Below, piece by piece: positions 36,919-49,759 of a stretch of DNA of 64,000 nt. Numbering within the stretch: the first letter of the stretch is position 1; each line of letters begins with the position of its first letter. The position numbers were made by a program, and so were the translations under genes. The stretch comes from Blasia pusilla (lineage: Eukaryota): positions 21,018,001-21,082,000 of the forward strand of contig CM114271.1 in the NCBI GenBank assembly GCA_050084515.1, read 5' to 3'. A model generated the notes under the pieces. That model was not told the origin of the DNA and made no database searches. It saw only the letters and a list, made by a program, of their open reading frames with translations.

Positions 36919-39900
36919 TTAAGCCTCTTGGCCAAAAACTTTGAAATCGTCAGGGACCAGGGTGCCGAGAATACGTAAGCTAGATCTGGTCTTAACTCGT
37001 GACAACATTACATATACCAAGCCAAAAGAAAATTCTGACCTTATTTTCAACAAGCATTTATTGTCTACAGTGAGACCCTCACTTTTGTGAGCTATCATTG
37101 CATATCCCAATACAAGAGGAAATGTTTTCTTATGGAACTTTTGATCTGGTCCATGTCTGAGGTTGGAAAATTTTGTTCGATCAATTCTCATAATTTTGTT
37201 GTTTGATTTGAGAGTTAATATTGTTGATGTAAGCTCGTCACCTTTGTAAATGCAATCTACGACAGTCGCTGACGCACCATTTGTTGCCTGAAATTTTAAA
37301 TCTATATTTGATGTAAATAAGACCTTGCAACCAATAGCAAGGACTTGCAATTGGTGGAAGTCCTGATTATATATCCACTCATTAAAATGTGGATCAGGCA
37401 GAGCATCTGTGGATATGTTTACTGGGAAGATCTTAGATGCACCAAAAAGCCTTCGCAATGCAATAAGGTTGAATACTTGGACGTCAACACGGTGTGTACA
37501 TATGATTTGGGTTTCTTCATTTGTGTAATCAAGAGAAGCGTTTTCATCAATAAAATAGTTTTGAAGACAAAAATTTATCTCAATCAGAGTAGGGCATCTT
37601 AGCGTGATGTCCGAGAGGAATTGAAGGAAAGAGTGATCACCATTGTCTATCATTGGGATGGACAGATTGTACTTATCAGCAATGGTATAGAAAGGTGACG
37701 TAGAAATGTGGCAATATGTGTAGAAAGGAAGCACTTGGTGTCTACATACAGGAGGTAGCTGATAGAGATCACCTAACAAAATGACGAGTTTAGTGGAGAA
37801 AGCATCCAATGTAGAGGATGGGGAGACTTGGTGTAATCTCATTGCGATTATCTACATTAGTCGTGGAGTGAGCATGGAGCACTCATCAATAACAATGACC
37901 CTAGCATTTTTTAGGCGTATATACTTATCCGATGCCGTATGCATGGAGGATAAATCTCCTTTTAGGGGAATTCCGAAAGGTGAAAGGACTGTCACAACGG
38001 ACGTATGGAGCCTTACGGCAACAATGCCAGTTGTGGCATTTGTTGGCCACAATTGTCGACAACACTATTTTCGGCCACAACTGGCATTCTTGCCGACAAT
38101 AGTGTTGAAATTTTTCTGTTGGACCAATAAGCTTGCATGAAATTAATAAAATAAGTCTTCCCTAATCCATGTGAACCTTTAAGGAATATTAATCCAGATG
38201 AGAGGTCCTTAAGTTTCTCATACAATTGCCCTCGTTCCAAGTTCATGGGCGTCTAATGAGTAGCTTGTCTGTTCAGCTGATTCTAGCGTGCTGTGTGGGA
38301 GGAAGGAGGAGTCTTGTTGAGTACAAAATGATTGTGGAGACAGCTGAAATTGAAGGTAGGGTTCAATGACATAAAGTGTCTTAGATATCATCTCTCCAGT
38401 ATGAACCTCACTCCAAAGGTTTGCTACTACGTGTTTCCGAATTTCATCTGTGATACAAGAAATACTTGTGATTGTACGTCTGTGAATACATTTATGTAAA
38501 TATGTCCACATTGGCGACGATATAGTCATGAGCTCAGATTCGGACTTGAATGGTACCTTGGCTAGAAGGGTGCAATAAAAAAACTTGGACCACTAATGCA
38601 ATGGATGGTATTCATTGAAGCGAACAAGCCTATGAGTTTTATACACTGAGTTGCCTACCAAATCTATACCCACAAATTTTGTGCTAACTTTTGTGCCAAG
38701 CCTATTGACTTCGTAGTTAGACCAGAAATGAATGAATGTCGCATCAGATAACAATTCAGGGCGATGGGAATACACCATCGCCGGATGTATGCAGATTGTA
38801 GTAGCATTTCTTTCAGGGAAGTTCGCCTATGAGGTGGGTTGGAATCAACGTATTCAACTCCTTGCGATCTATCTATAGTAAGGATTTTTAAGGCTCTAAG
38901 GGCAGCCTCTATCGACGAAATTGGTCTAATTAACACCAGACCAGAGACCAGGCGCAATCTGGTTTCGTCTAAACCCTCAAGACCTAAACACTTGGCAAAT
39001 TCTGTCGTAATGTTAAGTGCACCCTGGGGCTCAAATTTTAGTGCACACTTAAGGAGGTAAAATGACCACTCGTAAAATGACCATTCGTTACACGTTGTAA
39101 ATTCATGTGTGCTCTCCACAACAACAAAATGGCAAGATGGTATGGAATAACATTGCGATCATCCATTTTTTATCTATAGTAAGTCCACTTCAGGGTCTTT
39201 GGATCAATGAAAGGTGCTAGTTGGGCATTTGTAGCTGCAGGAAAGCCCAAGCGACAATATGGCGCATGGTCTTTTGTTGCTTTCATAATGCAACCACCTT
39301 GTCTACATGTGTGCAACTGCTTAGTTTTTACATAATGGTGCAGCTTACTGACCTCGACAGATGGAGTGGTTTCGTAAGTCTAGACGCTTGGTATGTAGAA
39401 ACAAATTTCTAAAGTGACCCTTTTAACACCGTCTTTGTCAACCCACAATATTATATGCGAATGTAGACTCCCTCTACCTTGTAATTCATATCTAATTAAG
39501 TAGTTTCGTATGTTTCCTAGAATACATGGGCCCTCTAGGATAAAGGTCCGAAGGAATTTCTTAAGTCTTGTATGAAACAAGATAGCACATTCAACGAGCA
39601 CATCTCGCCATGTAAACATCGGATTGATTTTTTTAACAACCTTTTCAATCTCTATGATTTCCGGCCATTTTGAATCAGACACTTCATCAGAGGTGAGTGT
39701 CAAGAAAAAGTCGGGCATGCCCCACTTTTGAACCATCGTTTTCAGGTGTTTTAAATGTTGTCTGTGCCGGCTTGGACTTCCAAGAACATGTGCACTAATG
39801 TTGTACTTTGAAAAGTGTGAATAAAGTTCTTGGTCGGGAAGGGTCGGGTATTTTTGTCTCAATTGATCCAATTATCTGTTCAAAATATAGGAGCGACTAT

Positions 39901-41052
39901 TTCCACTGCAATGGACTGTTGCACTTGATGCATAATAAGTAAGTATGGATTATACAGTGTGAATACACTGAAAAAGTTGTTTTGTTCGATTCTTAAGGTA
40001 ATCAGGAAACGAACAATGGCATGTGAAGTATCCTCTCAGGTAAGGAAATAAAACGGGAAGATCCTTGTTTCTATAGTAAGCTTGGTGTCAGATGAAATTC
40101 CGTTCTTGTCACTAAGGAGCCGTTCCTTGATGTTCGCCTGGTCTCTTAAGAATACACTGCCGCTATGGAAAAAATCATATGAATTCCTTCTTTTAACCGG
40201 TAATAAATATTGGACATCTTGGAGAACATTTAGTTATGCACTAGCTGTAGGGGTCAGTATTCATGCTATGAGTTACCTGTCCCTTCTCACGGGAAGCCTT
40301 TAAAATCGGTTCAACAGAGGACGACGGCAAGATGACAAGTCCATATGTTGGGTTTGGCAACTAAATTAATGGAATGTATTGCGAGTAGAGCTCGTTGATC
40401 CTTACGTTTACTAGTAAGATGTCTCTCACTTTACAATACATAAAGTCTGGTTGAGCAGTGTTTAGTTGCTCAATCTCCCAACCAATGAGTGGAAAATCTA
40501 CAAGAGAATTCACCTGGAAAAAGCCACTTTGGAAGCCATTGTATTTTGTCTCAATACCCACCCTAGAATCAACTAGAGACAAGAACTGTAGGTAGACGGG
40601 GCTAACATTTAGTATGTCACGAATATAAGCAGACGTCGTATAGACATTGTGGGTAGTTTGCTTGTTGCCATCTTCACAATGTGAAAATGCATAAAATTAC
40701 ATGCATAAAATTTTCCAGTACACGATATGATATACCGAGTCAGGTAGCCGTTATATAGTGCATATGGCAGGTAGGTGTCACCTGTTTTAATGGTCATTTT
40801 CAGTTGGGTTGTGTTGTAGGATACTGCTCCGAAGTATTCACAACACTTCATGAGTTTAATGAAGGTTGAGCAATAGCCTTTCCTGTTTGTAAGTAAGGAG
40901 TTTATTTCAAGCCAAGCTAAACAAACAAGTTGTCTCAGTAGCTTACCAGATCCACAAACCCTCAACCTTGCCTCAATTCTACGTTGTCGTAACCTAAGTC
41001 AGTCTATGAGTAAGGTAGACCTTCTCTTTATGAGTCTTCTAGGTTGGGCCAT
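36919..41052 (-). mobile_element. Helitron-type RepHel transposase pseudogene (HUH Rep + Pif1/SF1B helicase), Helitron2/Helentron-like motifs
   Basis: Rep motif I PDFFLTLTSDE...WPEI and motif II YELQGRGSLHSHIILW (39380..39871). Motif III-like YLLKCALK (38664..39119). Walker A GSHGLGKT (38013..38246) and Walker B VIVIDECSML (37852..38052). LLGDLYQLPPV, FPLVLGYAMIAHKSEGLT and GLVYVMLSRVKT (36919..37842). Many stops and frameshifts. Candidate ATG at 41052. Confidence 0.92.
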
Positions 41053-43974
41053 GAGCTATAGGTAAAATCAATGAAGAGAAACTAATGATACCATGCAATG
41101 AAAAAGTTGAAATGTAAAAGTTTGAAATCTTAGCACAAGTAACCAAATGTGAAGTGGTGTGGAGCTGCTGAAATAAGTGGAAGTATATCTGAGCCAGACA
41201 ACCCCTTATACTGTTGCACGTAGCAAAGCCTATTTAGTACTTTTCTCGTCAATGTAAAGAGAATACCAGAGACTAGTGAATGGTTAAGGACGGTGAAAAT
41301 AGAGACGCACTGATTTTGATAATAACGGTTTTAAAATGATAGCAACGGTATGGCAGGAATGTTAGATGTAAGTTGAACGTAGGCCGAATGTCTATGCAAA
41401 ACTTGGTGGAATGTATACCTTCTTTCTAGAGAACTATTAGTAATGGAGATATGAAAAGGCCAACAACATGGAACTACTTCGTTTTGAACAACTTTGGAAC
41501 CTTTTATAATCTGTGCAACAATGATGAAGCAAAGTTGCCCGTGTAGAAGGTGAGATATTTTCAGCAAGCGCCTCTTAGCATTTTGTATGTAAAGTTTGGT
41601 CAACAGCCATGGAGGTTCACTATTTAAGGCTACTCATTAGGTCCGTATAGGCTTAGATTGAACATTAGGAATATTTTATTGGTAAAATGGCATTTTATTC
41701 TCCTAAAAATCGTGAAAACTTTGTTGGACCCAGGAGGTAAAGTGGCTATCAAGCCAAGAGAACGGGCCTACTGAATGGTGGCGCAGAGGGTGTAGGTGGC
41801 TGTATTATTCAGTAACGAGATATGAATAAGCTCATATAGTATTTTTACACCGGGTTGAAATGATTACCTGGACTAGATAGGTACAAGAAGGGTATGCATA
41901 TACATGCACCGAAAATAGTACGTAAAGAGTATATGTAGACAAGCCGCTGGCAGCAAGCAAGCAACGATTTTGTGGCTTTGGCAGGAAAGTATGTGGAAGT
42001 AATGGTGTCTTCCATATCATATGATGGATACCAGGTCATGCATTGTATGTAGCGTGGTAACACTAAGTCTACTCAAGGCTTGGTCCACTGCTTTTCGAAA
42101 GTAATATTTATGCACAAGCAGCATGAGGATGTTTATAGAGACTCAAAAATTTATACTAGGTACAGTGTGTGCTGTAAACAGCAGCGTAAAGGCAGGTGCA
42201 TCATCATTGATCCCAAGGGATTGATTCTGAGAGAGTGGTGGCGAGAACTAAATCCCAGTCCACACAATTTTTCGAGATACTACTGTTGCCTACGAACGGT
42301 GCAAAGTCCATGCCCTCTACTACAAAGTGAAATGAAAAAACTGCAGAGGTTCAAAATACATAAGATTGGTTGTTGTATGCATAGATGAGGTACACTGTAC
42401 TTATCTTCTGGACGCATACTAAAGATTCAACAACACAATTGTAATGTCGTAAGCTAGGCGACACATCCGTGGTGTAAAGGCATAAACCATACTCATGTAG
42501 ATAAATACAAGACCAAACACAGAGAGGCGTTTGTACGCACCTCATGTAAAGATTAATCTTACCGCCTGATCACCTGAGCAACGATTCAATGAGCCCTGCA
42601 AAGTAGACGCAAAAACCGATGGGTAAGCTGCAGGTCGTGCACCTTCACAAAATGGCGACTTATTTTTCCCTCCTCCGTAGTCAAGGAGGCCCGAAAGAGA
42701 AAGGGATTTAAAGGCATTATTATAATTTGCTACTCGGATCGAGTTGAATAAGAATAAATTGAATGCAACCCCCTATTCAATTGCAAAGTTCACACACAAA
42801 TGAAATAGAACGTAAGAACAGGGCATTGAAAGGTGCACACAAATCCGTCTCGGTTGTTGTATGTCAAAGTGCATATTGATGGCCGAAAGATGAGGAGTTG
42901 TTCTCACCGAGAAGTGTGATAGTGCTTTGACCAATAGATGGTAGAGCACATAAAGTGGAAAATGACACCTCTTGCTCTCTATCTACCACGTCGGGAACGT
43001 GGTAGATAGAGAGCAAGAGGTGATGCAGATGGCAAGAACCAAACTTGAATGTGGGATCCAGCAAACATAAGGGCAACTGAAAGACGAGTGTCTATCTGAG
43101 ACATTAGGTAGGGATAAGTTAGCTCTTTGATGTTTCACATGAGACGGGTTCAGGCAGGCTGAAAAAAAAAGATAGGAAAGGAAAAAATTCCCCGGATGAT
43201 ACAGACCAGAAGTACAGACATGAGCACCATGTAATCGAAATGAGAAATTTCGAGAATCCCCCGAGTATAGTGGAATTGGTAGAAACATATTGTGCGTTAC
43301 ATCGCCCTCAATTGCTAACGGAATAAAGTTCAAAAGGAGAATTTTGGTGGTCTGGTACCTATTCAGATCGGCTGTCTTGCCTTATTAAACTTTCAAGTAA
43401 TCAACCTCCCTGCGGTAGTTGACAGGGGCCGTCGAAAGCATCCGCAATGGAGGCAGATAATCGAGAAAAATAATGAAGTGAGGACGAAGATTGTAATGAG
43501 TCGCCGTCGAAGGCATATATGCTGCACATCTATTTCTGAAATGGCATGGTGGAGAGTGTACCCTAAACATCATTTCTGATCTGTCAAAGATAAGAAGGAA
43601 CGTTTCTAATGACATGTTTAAAAAACTGAACCTATGTGCATCAATTGCCTTTTCAAACAAAAAAAACTAGGAGACTCCTCGAGGAAAGGATGTTGGTTCA
43701 ATGTCAGCCTCCTTGAGATACTTATGGAATCCGTCAAAAAGTTATCGTAATGAAGGAAATTTAACAACAAACACTTATGGACCTAGAGACAATTTAGTAT
43801 GAGTTACCGCCAAAACCATACACGGTGCAAGCCAATTTTAGAATATGGGTGGCGCAAAGTGCGGGACAAGGTCTAATTACAGGTGAACAAATCGGGAAAG
43901 AGAACCACATAAATGAATGAAAAAACATTTCTTAACTTGTATCGAAACCTGCTCGTGAATGAAGAAGGTATTAG

Positions 43975-44175
43975 AGCACCCGAATTTACGGTTGGCCACT
44001 AAGGCCTTTTTTGAGTTACAGCAGGGTCACGATAATGGTAAGCCAAGAAAATCCCCCGTCCCTAAAGAATTACAAGAGCATGTTGAAATTCATCGGCTAA
44101 CCACTAATGTGATGCATTCAACTTACAGTAGGGTCACCACCGTAAGCCAAGAAAATCCTCGGTCCCTAATTACAA
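43975..44175. repeat. Two tandem ~100-bp copies near the presumed 5' end of the Helitron-like block
   Basis: AGAGCA...CCACTAA...TTACAG.AGGGTCAC...GTAAGCCAAGAAAATCC.C.GTCCCTAA...TTACAA occurs twice. Confidence 0.8.
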
Positions 44176-46827
44176 ACAACTAAGAAAGAAAAGCATGGTT
44201 GAGAGCATCTCACTTTACAGGCGATCGTGTACTATTGTCAACAAAGGAAAGGACGGATTAGGTAACGCAAGAAGTATCGTCGCAATACCAAGCAGACGCA
44301 ATAACACTCGCGGAGCGGAGAAAATGCATCGAATGCAAAAAGCGCCACTGCAATTGGTATGCAAGAAACGTGCAGAAAAAATGACACATGCAACTAGTGT
44401 CACCCTGCAAAATTTTTCTTCAATTCGATTACACGGCTTGAAAAAGTGCAGGGAAAACAGAGAAGTAGATAAAAAAGGTAACTGAACCAGGCACATGTTT
44501 TTTTGTCAAGGCTCAGACTTACGTCGTATACGCATTACCCTACCCACTCCGACCCTACATGCCTTGGCACATCTTGAGGTGCCGTATCTAGTCCCAGGCC
44601 GATCGGACACCTACAATATTGCCGCTCTTGCCCGCATACAGTATCGTGGCATGCCCTGCTTCTGCCTCTTTAGTTGACGTGTGGCCACGAGATTTAATTT
44701 TGAGATTTACGATCTATAGTAGGGGCCGTAACTAGTCGGAACCTAATGGGACAAGGAAGTCGTCGTGTTATTGTCACTTGCTCAATATTGGAGAATGGCC
44801 GGATTATTCTTTTTGGTAGAATATTTTGATTGGTAAGGTAATTTTTCATTCTTTCATTATTTTGCAAAAAGGAGAGGGATTACTAATAGGAAGTTTTTTT
44901 GGTGTGAATTTTTATTATTCACATGAGGAATTTTATTCTTTTCCTAGTCCTTGCGTCGAGTTTGGAATCCATTTTTGGTATTTTGAAAGTTCCCCAATCC
45001 TCTGATCCGTGTTGGCCTCAAAACTGCCCACTATCTCTTGAGCCCTACAACCAGTTTGTTTTGGTATTGACGTCTGGCTGATAAGTTCCCCTTGTAAATC
45101 AATCATCCACTTTAGACAACTACTAGTGAGGAGCTTGTGCCATGCATGGGAGTTAAGGGGGGAAACATTTTCTTGCTGCATGTGAAATAGAAATTATTTT
45201 CTTGTTGCCCGGTTGTCACGTGTCAAGTAAAGAGGTGTTTGTAAATCAAGACGGAACTCTCCAAACAAACTTTGCAGGAGACATGCATTTTGGTTTAGGA
45301 TTTTCTTGGAATGCAGTTTCCTTCCTTATAATTATTTTCCCTCAAAAGTCTCTATTTCTTTTGTCACATTTCAATTCATTCTATGTTTTCCCTCGTTATG
45401 TTTAATCATAAGGAGGGAGAACATAGAAAACATAGAATCCACCTATACTATACATATTTAATATCCTTTAATATAAATATAAACCTGAAAGAAGGAGAAA
45501 GAAAAATAGTAACGTCCCAAGCAGGGAAGACTTTTTGGGAGATTAACATGTTCTAGTAATTAAACTTTATTCACGGTGTGTCCACTAGTTAATTTAAAAT
45601 GAAGTTTTTCCAATCATCTCAAGCATGGGTTGAGATGATTGAGAATGAAAAGACTCACACAAGGATGATAATAATATGAAATTAGTGGACACTCTGTGAA
45701 TAAATTTTAATCTTTAAAAATATGAAAAGAAGAAAGATAGATTTTTTTATAATACATCGAACTTGGATCAAGAAAAATTGTCCTATATTTTTATTTATTA
45801 CTTTTAGAAAAAATAATTTATCCTTTTTCCAATCCCAATCTTTCAACAAGTAAAAGAAAATCACTTATTTCGATGATTTTTCCCTAGAAAAGGGATTAAA
45901 ACTTTCCCCCCAATCTAACTTGAAAATTAAAAATAGTATATAAATAATATGGCTTCCATTATTTTGAAGAATAACTCTTGTCCCACTACTATCATATTAT
46001 CATTGTCATTTTTTTCTGAAAAGAAAAATAATTTTGCCTCAAATGTTTTTTTAAAATAATTTTGTTCATAATTTTTTTGGCGTGAAATTTTTAAAAATAA
46101 TTAAATGGGAAAAAAGAGAATAAAAGTGGAAGAAACTCTAGAAGATTTAATCGGGATTTTTTTGAATTTTCATTATTTTAATTATTAAAACAACTAAAAA
46201 TTAGAAAGAACTTAATTATTAAAACCTTATCCATTCTTGTTCTCTGTTTAGTATAGGCTAAAATAAAAAAAAATTTCATGAACAAATTTCATTGAAATCT
46301 ATTAGAGTTCATTCATTCATTGAACTAATACCCTGAATCGTATGATATGATTAAAAATAGTGAAAAAATCTTAAAGAAAGAAAAATTAGTTAGATTTTCT
46401 ACAATTCTAGCCCATGTAAATCCCAAGGGGTTTTGTGCAAATAGTTTTGTTGAGATCATAAAAGGAAGTTGTCGAGAGTTTCTTCTTTTATCTTATTTTT
46501 GGATGTATTGGATTAAAACCTAGCACATATAATTACGTGTTCTCTTTTGTTTTTTCATAATCATATTTGTACGAATTTATATTACTATGGGAGAGTCTTC
46601 TTGATTTGTAAACATTTGTCTATTTGATTGAAGACAACTGGGCAAAAAGAATATATTTCGCATATGTATTTAGTTAGGATCATTAATTATCTTCCGCTAT
46701 GATACACTAACCCGTTAAGACAGCTTTTTATTTCCCCGTGTATATTACTAGTTTATAATCCAGATCATATTACATAATCGTTTGGGCGGCTGAAGTTGCC
46801 GCTTGCGGTTTGCTCTTCTCTTGCTCT

Positions 46828-47070
46828 TGGCGGCGGGCTCAGACGATTGGAGACGCCAATGCCAAAGACCCACTTAATAGCAGTCATAGTTCTCTAGGTG
46901 TTCCTGATATTGTCTCTGTTGTTGATGATTTTGGTCGCAAACGGGAAGACTCCTTCTTTCTCCCGGCCTAGAGTTCGGTTACGACTTCTTGAGGTCTAAT
47001 TTTTTTTTTTCCTTCCTATGCCCCCGTGATGGGTTTCCCATCCTTTTTCTACATATATTTTTTATTCCCT
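46828..47070 (+). mobile_element. 5'-truncated, diverged copy of the CRE-like retrotransposon (ORF end + 3' UTR)
   Basis: Aligns by eye to the reverse complement of ~28755-28995 (GCGGCGGGCTCAG...GGAGACGCCAATGC...GTCATAGTT...GATTTTGGTCG...CTTGAGGTCTA...GTGATGGGTTTCCCATCC). No clear TSD. Confidence 0.88.
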
Positions 47071-47340
47071 CCATCCGGACGGAGTGAGTCTTATGAAATC
47101 CGGGAGCGATCCGTCCAGCGCCAAAGGATCTGCAGTACCGGTAGATGCGGTTACCCGGTGGATCGACGACGGGTCGGAGATGTGTTCTTTCCCGTATTTG
47201 TGTGCGCGCGACAACAGACGTCGTAATTCATCGTCAGCTCTTCTTCCTCTTGTGATCGTGTCGCAAGAGGAGAGAGGAAGGAAAAGAGGAGAGAGGGAGG
47301 AGGGGGGATTTGAATCGGGAGAGTCGGAGCTGCAGACGCG

Positions 47341-49759
47341 ATGGCTTCCCACCCGCACCATCTTCAGCACCCAGCGGCGACGCCGGGGATGCAACACCCG
47401 GGGCAAGTACAGATGCAGCCACCGATGCACTACCCGCAGGCGCAACCACAGGTGCCTTCGCTTGCTTTCCTCTGGGGAATTAGGTTTTGCTGCGTTTCGG
47501 GACGCGTCTCGCTTGCTTGCGTTTCGAGCCTTCTTGTGATTGCGGTGGACCGCGGTGACCGCTGTCAATTTTATATTTCTTTTCCGAGATGAGAGGACCG
47601 AGTGACGTACTTTACTGTCTTCGGGGGACCCTAAAGACCTATGGGATTCAGATTTCTTAATTTTGCAACCGCGGGGCAAGGCGGAGCCCATGGACAGACA
47701 CATAGAGACGTAGATAAATAGATAAATAGATGCAGAGATAGAGATAGAGAGAGAAAGAGTAGTTAGGGTTTTACAGGACTGGAACGTGAATGTTCGAAAT
47801 TTCTACGTTTTCTTGGAGATGTAATGTAGGTTGGTGTTGACCTGGGTTCCACAGAGCAATCCCGGTACCGTGCCCGCAAGCGTTTCGTGGCATTTTCGTT
47901 GAGGACTTAGCGAGTCGTTAATTGAAAAATTTATCATGGTAGGACCTCGTCGTGACGGAATTTGCGTATGTGGATTTGGGCACCTCGATGCTGTGCACCG
48001 TTTAGATATTTCCTCGCTTGATATACTCTGTAAGCGTCGGCGGTTTATTTCCCAGAATTCTCTAAAGCTGCGTCATTTTAGAAACGGATAAAGTTGTGCC
48101 GCCTTGTAGGGACTAAAGGCTTTGAGCGTGTTCTTCTGTTTGAAGAGACGCTTCTTTACAAATGGAAACGTGGTGTTGAAGTGCGTGTTGAGAAGAAGAG
48201 GGAGAGAAGATTTAATTGGTCGGGGGTTGTTTGCGAGATGGGCTGAAGATTTTGATGGATGGTGGATATGGGATGGTTTCTCCACAGCTTCAAGGGCAGA
48301 TTCAGCCGCAGCTGCACTACCAACAAATTCAGAAACAGCAGCTGCAGCTTTTCTGGCAACAACAAATTCAGGAAATGGAGCAGATTAATGGTAGGACTCT
48401 TTCCAGATTTATAAGCAGTCAGTGAGACAGGACTCGCCTGAGATTTTCTTCTCTTTTCACAAAATATTTCAAGGTCAACGTCCTTAGGTGACTGCCTGAC
48501 ATGTTGACACAATCTGAACTATGGATTGGCTCTACTAGGCTGAACCAAAACATCTACGATCCCAATCTTACCTTTGGACCTTACCATGTGTTCTGATTCC
48601 TTTGGTAGAGTTCAAAAATCATCAACTCCCACTCGCGCGAATTAAGAAGATCATGAAATCTGATGAAGATGTGAAGGTATGAGCTTGTGACCTTGTTGTC
48701 TTAGACTAGTTGTCGAATTGATATTTTTAAAATGTCACAATTATTTTCCTTGTCAAAGAATGTTGTGATTGTTTACAGTGTAGTTCAATATCACTTGAAA
48801 GCAAATGCCCTTCAAGTCAAAGCAATTTGATTTCTGAATTGGGTGTTTCCATTTGGCTAGATGATCGCAGCAGAAGCCCCTGTGCTATTTGCCAAAGCAT
48901 GTGAGATGTTCATCTTGGAGTTGACCCTGCGGTCATGGATTCACACGGAAGAGAATAAGAGACGGACCCTGCAGAGAAATGACATAGCTGGTGCTATAAC
49001 CAGAGGGGATATCTTCGATTTCCTTGTTGATATTGTTCCACGAGACGAGCTTAAGGTAGAGCACCTGGAATCTGTAAAACAAATATGGCTGTATGCCTTG
49101 ACTGTGTCATCTTAATAGGCTTGGAGAAAAGTAATGTGAGGAACTCTGTGACGTCTTGGGTGCTTCTTGTGGGTGAACACTCTGTTGCTTTTCTGTGGAA
49201 TTTTAAGTGTAATCTGGTGGCAGGACTGTCTGATGGGGTATTAGTAAGAGCACCAAAATACAGAGAATTTGCTCAACTACTATCTTAGGGTTGTCATCCC
49301 TGTTTGTGGGCAAAACTACATGCTGTGAATGTGTCACTTCTCTGGACTTTTCTTGGCCTTTCAACAATTGAGTTTCTTGTTGTGTGCTTCAGGAAGAGGA
49401 TCTAGGTGTCCCTTGGTCAGGAGTGGGAGTTGCAGGAGATCCTTCCGTCTCTTATGGGGGACTGTACTATCCTCCCCTCCAACAACAGCCTCTACATCAT
49501 CCCATGGCACAACCGGTACTGGATGTGTCATCTAAATTTCTACTTGATGTTCTTTTAAGCGGCGTACCTGTCACCGGGCCTCATTTCAGAGCAAGATGCA
49601 TTGGGCTCAACATGGTAGCATTATTTAACTTACTAATTTTCATCTCTCATGTTTGCTGACTTTGTGGCTGTTTTGTGCCTGGTGGTCTCTGTGAAGGATA
49701 TGATGGTAGTTCAACCATCCATGCCACCCAACCCACAAATGATGTACCAACCCCCACAG
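47341..49759 (+). CDS. NF-YC: Nuclear transcription factor Y subunit C (NF-YC/HAP5), at least 6 coding exons; last exon unresolved
   Basis: Exons 47341-47451, 48288-48390, 48609-48676, 48861-49055, 49393-49515 and 49697-49759 splice in frame at GT-AG. Histone fold: [92 protein letters not shown]. Confidence 0.95.

Noticed and set aside
47062-47703. 213-aa minus-strand ORF
   Set aside because: Antisense shadow of the GC-rich NF-YC 5' UTR and exon 1; no recognisable domain.
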